Below, piece by piece: positions 28,206 to 35,957 of a DNA stretch of 53,195 bases. The DNA lies in IMG/VR virus record IMGVR_UViG_3300020202_000090, positions 1 through 53,195 of that record; one strand, written 5' to 3'. Origin of the DNA: a virus. Taxonomy: Duplodnaviria; Caudoviricetes. Both the position numbers and the translations under genes were made by a program. The notes beneath the pieces are model-generated. The model was not told the origin of the DNA and did not search any database. It saw only the letters and a list, made by a program, of their open reading frames with translations. Positions within the stretch are counted from its first letter, which is position 1. Each line of letters opens with the position of its first letter.

Positions 28206-28268
28206 GCCTCTGCCGAGTTGAACGGCTCTACGGGAGCGACCCGTTGTGCTGACGTTACACTAAGAGGC
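28206..28268 (-). ncRNA. Miniature tRNA-like cloverleaf with 5-nt anticodon loop
   Basis: GCCTCT-TA-GTGT-AACGTCA-GCAC-A-ACGGG-TCGCT-CCCGT-AGA-GCCG-TTCAACT-CGGC-AGAGGC; intergenic. Confidence 0.7.
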
Positions 28269-28296
28269 TCTTGATTATTCTGTGACCATCAAAGTT

Positions 28297-28569
28297 TTAC
28301 TTGCTACTGACAGCTGGTTTCTTCACAGCATCCTCAAATGCTTCTTCCCAACTCAGACCTTCTCCTTTAATCTCAAAAGCAAAACCATAGATAACCTCTC
28401 CAACCACATACCGCATTTTTCCTGCCATTGGAATGTACTTATTTAACCAACTCTTGCTTTGTGGATTTAACTCCCGAAGCCTTTCCTCGCTCGCCACTCT
28501 TGACTTCTCACACGCTCCGTTTTTTCCGAACATCATTTTTACTTTTCTTAACGCTTGTTTGTCAGTCAT
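28297..28569 (-). CDS. Hypothetical protein
   Basis: AAGGAGG RBS before ATG 28569. Confidence 0.65.
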   Translation of the reverse strand: MTDKQALRKVKMMFGKNGACEKSRVASEERLRELNPQSKSWLNKYIPMAGKMRYVVGEVIYGFAFEIKGEGLSWEEAFEDAVKKPAVSSK

Positions 28570-28633
28570 GGTATCCTCCTTTTGGATACTACTATTATCG
28601 GATACGCGATTTTTCATTTTCTAACTTCTAAAG

Positions 28634-28716
28634 TGTGGATAATTATTTTCTCGAATACAAAAAAAGTTCTTGGTGGCGTTTTTCATATCACTTGTAAGCT
28701 TCAATATTTATCCACA
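28634..28716. promoter_or_regulatory. Pair of inverted consensus DnaA boxes
   Basis: TGTGGATAA 28634-28642 and TTATCCACA 28708-28716 in an AT-rich gap. Confidence 0.65.
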
Positions 28717-28927
28717 GGTTCATTTTGTATTGAGGAAAAGATTTTACATTGGACATTTTTAATTACTCGTCACGCATCCGGTAACACTGCTTACAAATCA
28801 TGTTGTCGCATTTTAAACCGTAATAACAATAATCACATTTTGGATCGTGTCTAAATTCTGAAAAGTCTTCTATTTCTCCACAACTAGGACACGGTGTCGG
28901 CATATCCATTACCCACTCCCTCCGCTA

Positions 28928-29164
28928 TTATGCTCTGCCGTCTGCAAAGCCTTCTTCGTAAGCCTGTCTGCCAACGCTTTCTGCAACCGAATCAATCATT
29001 TCCTGATGTTTTCTACTTTCAGAATCAATCGCACATTGAGAGCAAAACCACTCTTTCTTATTCCAATCCCAAATGCAGAATCTTCCTCCGGTAAAAGGAA
29101 TCGTAAAAACAGCTTGCGGCATATCCGTCAATTTCATTTCTTCACCGCAATCTTTACAGATCAT
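28928..29164 (-). CDS. Zinc-binding hypothetical protein
   Basis: CKDC..CSQC; GGAGG RBS. Confidence 0.6.
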   Translation of the reverse strand: MICKDCGEEMKLTDMPQAVFTIPFTGGRFCIWDWNKKEWFCSQCAIDSESRKHQEMIDSVAESVGRQAYEEGFADGRA

Positions 29165-29624
29165 CCCGACCTCCGCTATTGGGGTTGCTCACTTAACATT
29201 TCTTTTAAACTTTTACCATTCGGATACTCAAAAATAGTACCCAAGACAAGCAGAATAGAAAATCCACCGATGTAAAATAAGCATAAAATCCCTACTAAAA
29301 TATCCCATGGATAGCTCATACCCTCTCTCCATCCTTAGACTTTATTTTTTGTGACCAGCTACGTTATTACTGTTTACTAAATTGGTTTTCCTCACGAACT
29401 AGCATTCGTTAAATTCGCCATGCAATAAACTTGTGGAGCTGTGTAATCACTCACAGTAAACGGAGCGGCAAACTTAGCATCCATCGTATAAGTGTTGTAA
29501 TCATTGAAATTACTATTCTTGTAAACTTTTAAATTATTAAACGGATTATTAATATCCACATAATCCAGCGTTATACTTTCCTTTTTCTGAGCCTCTTTAG
29601 TGCTGGCTTTTTCCTTAGAGGCAA

Positions 29625-29834
29625 CTAAAAAGGGCGCACCAAGATCTCTACACGGTCTGGATCTGCGTCTGCTAATTCTTTCATTCTCGCCACTTTGAAA
29701 GCCGCCGCTTGTTCAGTCTTCGCTACTATCGCGCAAGGGGATAGTAAAAGCTTCTCATTCTCTTGGTGTTCTTCGCCCTCTTTTTCTACTTTCTTCTTCT
29801 TAGGTTTCTCAATTGCCGCTACCCAGTAAATCAT
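29625..29834 (-). CDS. Small phage protein ending ILVRPF, with possible -1 frameshift extension to 29392
   Basis: AAGGAG RBS; ends C-CCT-TTT-TAG. Confidence 0.7.
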   Translation of the reverse strand: MIYWVAAIEKPKKKKVEKEGEEHQENEKLLLSPCAIVAKTEQAAAFKVARMKELADADPDRVEILVRPF

Positions 29835-30102
29835 GTCTTTCTCCTTTTGGTTTGTCTTTCTTGTTTAATTCTTTACGTTCTTCCTCTGTTAACCCTGCTT
29901 CCCAGTAGGGGGCGATCTCTTCGTGACCATCTAAGTCTTGTGGATTAAATGAACTAATTTTCTTCACAATAACATTGGTACTTCAAAGGTTCCGTTACAC
30001 GCTTTACATTTACAAGTATTTCCGTCTACTTCCCAGCCCTCTTGACTCATTAACTGATTACAAATCGGACACAATCTTGGAGTAATGTCAGGCTCTCCTA
30101 AA

Positions 30103-30492
30103 TTAAGCCAGATACCCTTTGTATTTGTCATAGATGTTTTGATAATCCTCCTCAGTCATTAATTTAGTTTGTTTGCTTAGGTGAATTAATTTATCTATGA
30201 GATCTTGTCCGTATTTTTTTATCATGAACTTGTAATACAAAACTTTATTACCATGCTTCATACAGTTACATGAATAACATTGTGGATGCACACAGTCCTC
30301 TTCAAATAAAATAGCGTTCATCCTTCCGTCGATAAAATGACCCGCTTGCATTTCTTTCCAGTTCTTTTTTATCCCGCAAGTAACACACGCAACAAACCCG
30401 CTAAAATCGGCGTACTTCTGTCTGATATAAGCTGAGAATGCTTTCCAAGCCTTATCTTTTAAGATTCTCTTAGAGGGTCGCTTTCTTCTCAC
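30103..30492 (-). CDS. ninG: NinG/Rap-like recombination endonuclease
   Basis: AFSAYIR..CVTCG..QAGHF..HPQCYSCN..GN..Y. Confidence 0.85.
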   Translation of the reverse strand: MRRKRPSKRILKDKAWKAFSAYIRQKYADFSGFVACVTCGIKKNWKEMQAGHFIDGRMNAILFEEDCVHPQCYSCNCMKHGNKVLYYKFMIKKYGQDLIDKLIHLSKQTKLMTEEDYQNIYDKYKGYLA

Positions 30493-30812
30493 TTCAAACC
30501 CTTTAGTTTTTTCATCATCTCGTAAAACTCAGGAGGGGGAGGAGCCGCTTCCTTTTCCGCAATTTCGACTTTCTTTTTAAACTCGTCGTCATCTCTTCTG
30601 GACCTAACAACCACCTTCTCCTGACGTATCCTGTTCATCCAATTAATAATAAATCTGTAATGATTCTTCTTTCGCTTCTTAGGGTTCGCCAGGTACCACA
30701 TCTCCATCTTCGGTAGCTCCTGCTTAAACGTTGGATACACCTTTGAAAGCCGCTCAAACAAATGATTCGGCATCGAAAAATGATCCAAAACCCAATCGAC
30801 ATTCTCAGGCAT
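30489..30812 (-). CDS. Protein resembling the C-terminal domain of phage replication initiators
   Basis: ELPKMEMWYLANPKKRKKNHYRFIINWMNR. Confidence 0.55.
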   Translation of the reverse strand: MPENVDWVLDHFSMPNHLFERLSKVYPTFKQELPKMEMWYLANPKKRKKNHYRFIINWMNRIRQEKVVVRSRRDDDEFKKKVEIAEKEAAPPPPEFYEMMKKLKGLK

Positions 30813-31091
30813 TCTTAGTTACCTATCTAAGGTTTACCCTGACTTTTTTATTCTTTTTAAATCTCTACCCATACGGGGGGTTTTCTTTTTTCCTGCGATG
30901 TGTTTATCGAGAAAAAAAGCAATTTTGGCCCACCAGCAACGTTATGGATCGAGAAGACTTTAAAAATTCAATTGCGAGTGACGTTATCGCAGTCGAGGCG
31001 GACAATCATAACCCCCCGAAAAAACTAGTCCGTCAGCCCTCTCTGTTTCATTGGTCTATTGTTTACGCAAATACACCGAAAGGAACGCGCC

Positions 31092-31343
31092 TTAATTACA
31101 GTATTCTTCCCACAATTCTTCGATGGTCTCGATTTGGGAATTAGAGATCTCCTCAGAGAAATAAGGTTCTTCTAAAGAGATGTTGTTATAAATATTCAAA
31201 ACAAAACATACGGGACAAAAATCATCTGGATCGGACGGTTCTTTATGGTCGCAGTCATCAAACTTAATTTTTTCATCATCTACTAACTCTTTGAGTTCTT
31301 TTAACTTTTCGTTTGTTTCCATAAAGCATCCGTCTACTAACAT
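31092..31343 (-). CDS. Acidic hypothetical protein
   Basis: TAATG coupling. Confidence 0.5.
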   Translation of the reverse strand: MLVDGCFMETNEKLKELKELVDDEKIKFDDCDHKEPSDPDDFCPVCFVLNIYNNISLEEPYFSEEISNSQIETIEELWEEYCN

Positions 31344-31885
31344 TAAAAGGGAACCTCATCATCTGGTTTCAGTTCATCTTCTGTGACGATCATTCGAGTA
31401 TCCACGTCCATTACAGGAACTACTTTTCTAACAAACCATTGCGTTTCCTTATCCTTTCCTACTCGTTTAATGGAAACCTTGTCTCCGGGTTGAAGACCTG
31501 CATAAGAGAACGCTTTAAAGAGGGGAAGACTTCCAGATTCCAATTCACCTTCGTCAAAGACATAAACTATGGAATATCCCTGCGGGTACTCTGGAAGATA
31601 AAAACTATTCCTCATCGGGTTTCCGTCTCTACCAAGTCTTTTTTCACCGGCTTCATCAACTGCGTACTCAGGATAGGAATAGCGAAGTTGGTAGATTAAT
31701 TTCTGTTTCCAGGTCTTGGCGTTTTTCTTAGTTGGAGGGTCGTCAACATTCGGTTTTCTTTTCCAACCTTGATAAGTTAGTGTTACTTTCTGATCTTGGA
31801 AATCAGCAGGTTTTAAATATTTATTGTTTTGGCCAGGGAATGACGTGTTTAGCATGTTAGACTCCGAATCTAGATTTGGTTTCAC
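31343..31885 (-). CDS. Putative single-stranded DNA-binding protein
   Basis: YLKPAD; GDKVSIKRVGKDKETQW; acidic tail DDEVPF. Confidence 0.6.
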   Translation of the reverse strand: MKPNLDSESNMLNTSFPGQNNKYLKPADFQDQKVTLTYQGWKRKPNVDDPPTKKNAKTWKQKLIYQLRYSYPEYAVDEAGEKRLGRDGNPMRNSFYLPEYPQGYSIVYVFDEGELESGSLPLFKAFSYAGLQPGDKVSIKRVGKDKETQWFVRKVVPVMDVDTRMIVTEDELKPDDEVPF

Positions 31886-32615
31886 CGCGTTTAATTAAAA
31901 ACTTTTCCCAATAGACTTGGCATTTAGGGTCCTTGAGAGAAAGAATTTCTAGTTTTTGATTTTTAAGATCGAAAATGACGAGCTGTTTAACCGAGTTATG
32001 GGCTTTGTAGTAAGCGATTAACTGGGTCCAATCCCAAGCACCGCATTTGAGGTCTGTTATTGAGGCAATTCCGTCGACTTCACAAACAACGTCTATTTCA
32101 CCAGAGTAGAAATGAACTTCATGAAAGACTTCTATATTCTTTTTGTGGTTTTTGAAATTGATCCTATCTTTAAACTTCTCAAAAAATTCTTTGTACTTAA
32201 TATCTTCATAGCTTAATTTTTTTAACTCAATTGATGGCTTTTCCCATTTACCCGTATCAAGCCAAGTATTAAAAATCTGATGAATCCCTGTACCACGCAT
32301 AGCAAACTCAGGATCGATTGGTAACGGTTCTGGATGAAGAATGGAATTAACAGAGACGTATCTTTTGCCGTCTTTAACTCTGATTCTTAGATGAGAAGCA
32401 TCAAGCTTTGATTTTTCAAACTCGTCATTAGCGAATTTATCCAGCTTGGATTTGATTCTTTCAAACTCAGCGTTTTCAATTGCTTCTACTTCATACAGTG
32501 GTGCACCGTTTAGTTCCAAAGTGACCTTTTGATGCCACATAGGTTTCCAGTTTTCATAGTTCCCACGATTCACCGTAATAGATGAACCGTAATTAATTTC
32601 CACAATACGTTTCAT
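31857..32615 (-). CDS. PD-(D/E)XK exonuclease
   Basis: YVSVNSIL..RGTGIH..E..YSGEID..DLKCG..QLIAY. Confidence 0.8.
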   Translation of the reverse strand: MKRIVEINYGSSITVNRGNYENWKPMWHQKVTLELNGAPLYEVEAIENAEFERIKSKLDKFANDEFEKSKLDASHLRIRVKDGKRYVSVNSILHPEPLPIDPEFAMRGTGIHQIFNTWLDTGKWEKPSIELKKLSYEDIKYKEFFEKFKDRINFKNHKKNIEVFHEVHFYSGEIDVVCEVDGIASITDLKCGAWDWTQLIAYYKAHNSVKQLVIFDLKNQKLEILSLKDPKCQVYWEKFLIKRGETKSRFGV

Positions 32616-32824
32616 TGAAGTTTCTCCACAATGTCATCCCACTCTGTTTTGGGGGTGTGATATTCCATCTCTCTCAAATCCGCCATTAATGAGGCGAATT
32701 GAAGGGGAGTTAATTTAGAGACTTGATAAAGGGTGTGTTGTAATGCTCGAAGCTCAGATTTTGATTTGAATTTCAAAACATCATGAAAACGTTTACGCAT
32801 TTTTTGAAATTCTTCCACGTTCAT
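32612..32824 (-). CDS. Hypothetical protein
   Basis: ATGA overlaps. Confidence 0.55.
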   Translation of the reverse strand: MNVEEFQKMRKRFHDVLKFKSKSELRALQHTLYQVSKLTPLQFASLMADLREMEYHTPKTEWDDIVEKLQ

Positions 32825-33039
32825 GCTTCCTCCATATGGTCGTAGTACGCTATAAGCGCATCTTGAGGAGTTTCTACGTAATATTCGCCGTGGGTTAAAA
32901 CCGTGACTCTGCTATTTAATTCCTCAAAGACACAATCACAGTGATGGCATTCGTAATAATAGGTATCCCCATCAGCGAGTTTAGGAGCGTTCAATCGTTC
33001 GCATTCAGGACAACGAAGAGAATCGAGTTCATCGAACAT
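32821..33039 (-). CDS. Zinc-ribbon protein
   Basis: CPEC..CHHC; GAGGTG RBS. Confidence 0.6.
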   Translation of the reverse strand: MFDELDSLRCPECERLNAPKLADGDTYYYECHHCDCVFEELNSRVTVLTHGEYYVETPQDALIAYYDHMEEA

Positions 33040-33214
33040 CGGACACCTCTTTTAATTGTCTTTCGAGTTCTGAGACTCTTAATGAAAGCATTCCGATGGC
33101 ATATTGTTGGGCTTCAAGTAATTGTTTTAACGCAATGGTGTTTTCTGTAAGCGCTTGAATAGCCTTTGTTTCCATCTCACCTTTTTGAACCAAAATATCT
33201 AAAAGATTGTTCAT
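33029..33214 (-). CDS. Coiled-coil hypothetical protein
   Basis: GAGG RBS. Confidence 0.55.
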   Translation of the reverse strand: MNNLLDILVQKGEMETKAIQALTENTIALKQLLEAQQYAIGMLSLRVSELERQLKEVSDVR

Positions 33215-33344
33215 AGTGCCCTCGCCACTAAGTTAAAAACAGACATCATCACCATGAACACCAAGAGATACATCACTCCTTGAAAGACACGATCAGCCCA
33301 TGATCCAGAAAACCACTTAAATCCGTAATGCGGTTCGTTACAGC

Positions 33345-33797
33345 TCATAACTTCTCCTCTGTTAATCGCTGATATTTTGTTAGGTACTGTTGCGTTACTT
33401 GGGGAAGGGGTTTTCCTTTTCTGAAGTGGTTAATCGCACCACCTGGACCTGCGTTGTAGAGGACTAAGCGAGTTTTGACTGTATTAGGAAGTTTATAAGC
33501 TTTAATGAACTGATCAGCGCGTTTACCTAATAACCAAACCGCCACCTTCTCACACAGAGAAGGATTGAGCATTTGATAGGATTTGTAATTGGTCTTGTGG
33601 GCTTTGTTGTAATCTTCTAAGGCGACAGGGGTAATTTGATATTTACCCCAAGCACCACCAGGATCGGCTGGATTAATAGCAAATGGAATATGACTTGATT
33701 CTATTTGAGCAATAGCCGATAGATTGACTTCAGAGGCGTGGACAGAAGAGGGGATCAACAATACAATAAGGAGAACTAAAACCCGAAGATAGGACAC
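33345..33797 (-). CDS. Secreted lytic transglycosylase/lysozyme-like enzyme
   Basis: Signal peptide YLRVLVLLIVLLIPSSVHA; IAQIESS; GKYQI; YNAGPG; start GTG 33797 or 33824. Confidence 0.8.
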   Translation of the reverse strand: MSYLRVLVLLIVLLIPSSVHASEVNLSAIAQIESSHIPFAINPADPGGAWGKYQITPVALEDYNKAHKTNYKSYQMLNPSLCEKVAVWLLGKRADQFIKAYKLPNTVKTRLVLYNAGPGGAINHFRKGKPLPQVTQQYLTKYQRLTEEKL

Positions 33798-33824
33798 CAG
33801 CGGTTCGATCCCGCTCGGGTCCAC
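33798..33824 (+). mobile_element. Putative attP core: 3' end of a tRNA-Ala
   Basis: CAGCGG-TTCGATC-CCGCT-CGGGTCC-AC: T arm as in bacterial tRNA-Ala, U70 and A73; no 5' half; 160 bp from the integrase stop. Confidence 0.75.
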
Positions 33825-33832
33825 GTTCTTAT

Positions 33833-33920
33833 AAAAAAAAGAGGGGGTACGAGTTGGTAGGTTAGGCTTAACTAAACTACGACCAAAGGTAAGTGTGCTT
33901 TTGGTAGGACTCATACCCCC
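33833..33920 (-). terminator. Three-way-junction RNA ending in a U8 tract
   Basis: GGGGGTATGAGT/ACTCGTACCCCC stem enclosing two hairpins, then TC-TTTTTTTT. Confidence 0.6.
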
Positions 33921-33984
33921 GAAGATTTTTTCAACTGAAATTTTTTTACACACTGTACACCTCTTATCGTTAATTAGTTAAGCC

Positions 33985-34872
33985 TTAAGATAGCATAACT
34001 AAACTTTTCGGATCTGTCAAGTACATATCATAAATATTTCTAGAATTTTCTTTCGTCATATTCAAATAATGAGAAGTCATCTCTGATTTAGAGTGTCCTA
34101 ACCATTTTTGAACAATAATTTGAGGGACTGATTTTTCTAGCCATCGAATCGCACAAGAATGACGAATCATATGAGGATGAAGTCTCATTGATTGTCCAGG
34201 CAACTTATGAAGCCCTATATGCCCCAGCATTTCATCAAAAAGCCGTGTATCAGCCCTTTTCCAGTGAGAATTGACGAAGACAGCCTTTCCGTCGCAATGT
34301 TGCCTTATAAACGAGATTTGGCGTATTAATGCAGCCTTTAATCGCTCTGAAAACGGGATATAGCGAGTTCTATACTCACCTTTGGATTTTTCCTTAGGAA
34401 CACAAACAACCATTTTATTTAGATCATAATCTTGTTGATCTAATTCAGCGATTTCCCCAACCCTGATTCCGGTGTCCCAAAAAACTAATAAAGCGGTATA
34501 TTCTTGATGGGTTAATTGTGGGCTACTTAAGATCTTTTCAAAGACTTCTTCAGTAATAAATTTAGGCTCAGGGATGCGACCGCGTTTAAATTCATGGAAG
34601 GGGAATGGATTAAATGTAATATGTTTTTCGCGGGTTAACCAAGCAAAATAATTTTTAACAACCGTGGCACATTTGCTTGTTGATCGTTGTGACCAATTGC
34701 GTTTTTTTCCGATACTAATAATAGCGTTTTTGACTTCTGAGTAGTCAGATGCTTTTAATGGGTCTATTTCGCTATTAATTGCGTTAATCATCGCGACATA
34801 TTCTTTCAGTGAGTTTGGCTTAAAACATCGTTCGATGGTTAAATACTCAATATACTTTTGAACAAAATCCAT
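33985..34872 (-). CDS. int: Tyrosine integrase/recombinase (XerC-like size)
   Basis: TGIRVGE, KSKG, HMIRH, LGHS, MTSHY catalytic set. Confidence 0.93.
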   Translation of the reverse strand: MDFVQKYIEYLTIERCFKPNSLKEYVAMINAINSEIDPLKASDYSEVKNAIISIGKKRNWSQRSTSKCATVVKNYFAWLTREKHITFNPFPFHEFKRGRIPEPKFITEEVFEKILSSPQLTHQEYTALLVFWDTGIRVGEIAELDQQDYDLNKMVVCVPKEKSKGEYRTRYIPFSERLKAALIRQISFIRQHCDGKAVFVNSHWKRADTRLFDEMLGHIGLHKLPGQSMRLHPHMIRHSCAIRWLEKSVPQIIVQKWLGHSKSEMTSHYLNMTKENSRNIYDMYLTDPKSLVMLS

Positions 34873-35085
34873 TTTCTCCGCCGATCCATAGTGAAATCCC
34901 TGATACCAAAATCATGGTTACCCTGAGGTGTAGGATCGGATTGTACTCTGATATCCTCTTTAATCTAGCCAACTTAATACTTTATTCTTACTTATGAATA
35001 CGTACGGCACTGTTTTATGTGCATTTTGGTGTAAATAGGCGCATATATGTGAAGAAACTTAGGTTATTTGCCTCAATTACTTTGC

Positions 35086-35108
35086 TGGTCACTTGACCAT
35101 ATTGTCCA
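35086..35108. promoter_or_regulatory. Operator-like TTGWCCA repeats
   Basis: TGGTCA-CT-TGACCA palindrome plus TTGTCCA; same motif at 35287-35302. Confidence 0.55.
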
Positions 35109-35125
35109 TAAGAAGACAAATTTTT

Positions 35126-35251
35126 TTACTTCAAATACTCTTTAATTAATTCGATTATCTTATCCTTCATCGTTTTGCCCTCTAATTCAGCTTTCGCTTT
35201 TAATCTTCGGCGAATTTCAACGTCTTCAATTTCTATTACTATTCGATACAT
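35126..35251 (-). CDS. 41-aa ribbon-helix-helix regulator
   Basis: Hand-translated MYRIVIEIEDVEIRRRLKAKAELEGKTMKDKIIELIKEYLK; AGAGGGG RBS. Confidence 0.75.
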   Translation of the reverse strand: MYRIVIEIEDVEIRRRLKAKAELEGKTMKDKIIELIKEYLK

Positions 35252-35273
35252 CCATTTCCCCTCTGTTGAACCA

Positions 35274-35302
35274 ATTATCGGCTATCTTGTCCAAATGGTC
35301 AA
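35274..35302 (-). promoter_or_regulatory. Sigma70 promoter overlapped by inverted operator
   Basis: TTGACC-17 nt-GATAAT; TTGTCCA-AA-TGGTCAA covers the -35 box. Confidence 0.7.
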
Positions 35303-35686
35303 GTACTATTTTCTCCTATACAAATGAAAATAATTTAGAAATATGCGGAATTTAGAGTGTGAAGAAAACCAAGGTGTAAAAACCCCGCATTTTGATGGTC
35401 ACTGACAACGGGCCTTAATCTAAGAGAAAGAAGAGTAGCTAATAAGACCCTTACATTTTGAAATTAAAAGGACGATTGTACAATGTTGTGTAAGGTGACT
35501 CGATAAATCGGTGAAAATCGGTCGATTTGATTGGTCTGTGGTTTAAATGGTTAAGATTGTGGTGATTTAATCGGTCGCTACGAGAGTGAATACCTGCGAA
35601 TTTCCTCCCAAGAATCCATGATAATTAATCATAATTGAATAGACTTGTGTACATGAATAGTCATTCCTACTAGATATTGTGTATCA

Positions 35687-35714
35687 ACGTCCTATAATAG
35701 ATATTATCGGACGT
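35687..35714. other. dif-like tyrosine recombinase site
   Basis: ACGTCCTATAA-TAGATA-TTATCGGACGT, 11-6-11 inverted arms. Confidence 0.6.
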
Positions 35715-35957
35715 TTCTAAGCATGACCCAGACTACCGGTACCTGTTGGATTGAGTTGGCGGGGCTGAACAAATTTAAATTTGATCCTCGCCTGTGAGTT
35801 ATTGAGATTGGGGACACCCCCCCCACTCTGATAATACATGATAGCTAATGCTATGAGTTGATGTAATCAACCGATATATAATTGATGATAAATCATAAAC
35901 AGGTTTGAAAAATAATGAGAAGGAAAAACCAGTGCTAAAGATTTGTATTGAGGACAG

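Noticed and set aside
25689-28268. Functional decoding tRNA genes
   Set aside because: No element combines a normal 7-nt anticodon loop with canonical cloverleaf order and CCA
33825-33953. Long N-terminal extension of the lysin ORF
   Set aside because: Runs through a structured terminator and precedes a clear signal peptide; likely not translated
34881-34939. CCGATCC/GGATCGG inverted repeat in the integrase leader as a riboswitch
   Set aside because: Only a 7-bp stem with no recognisable aptamer
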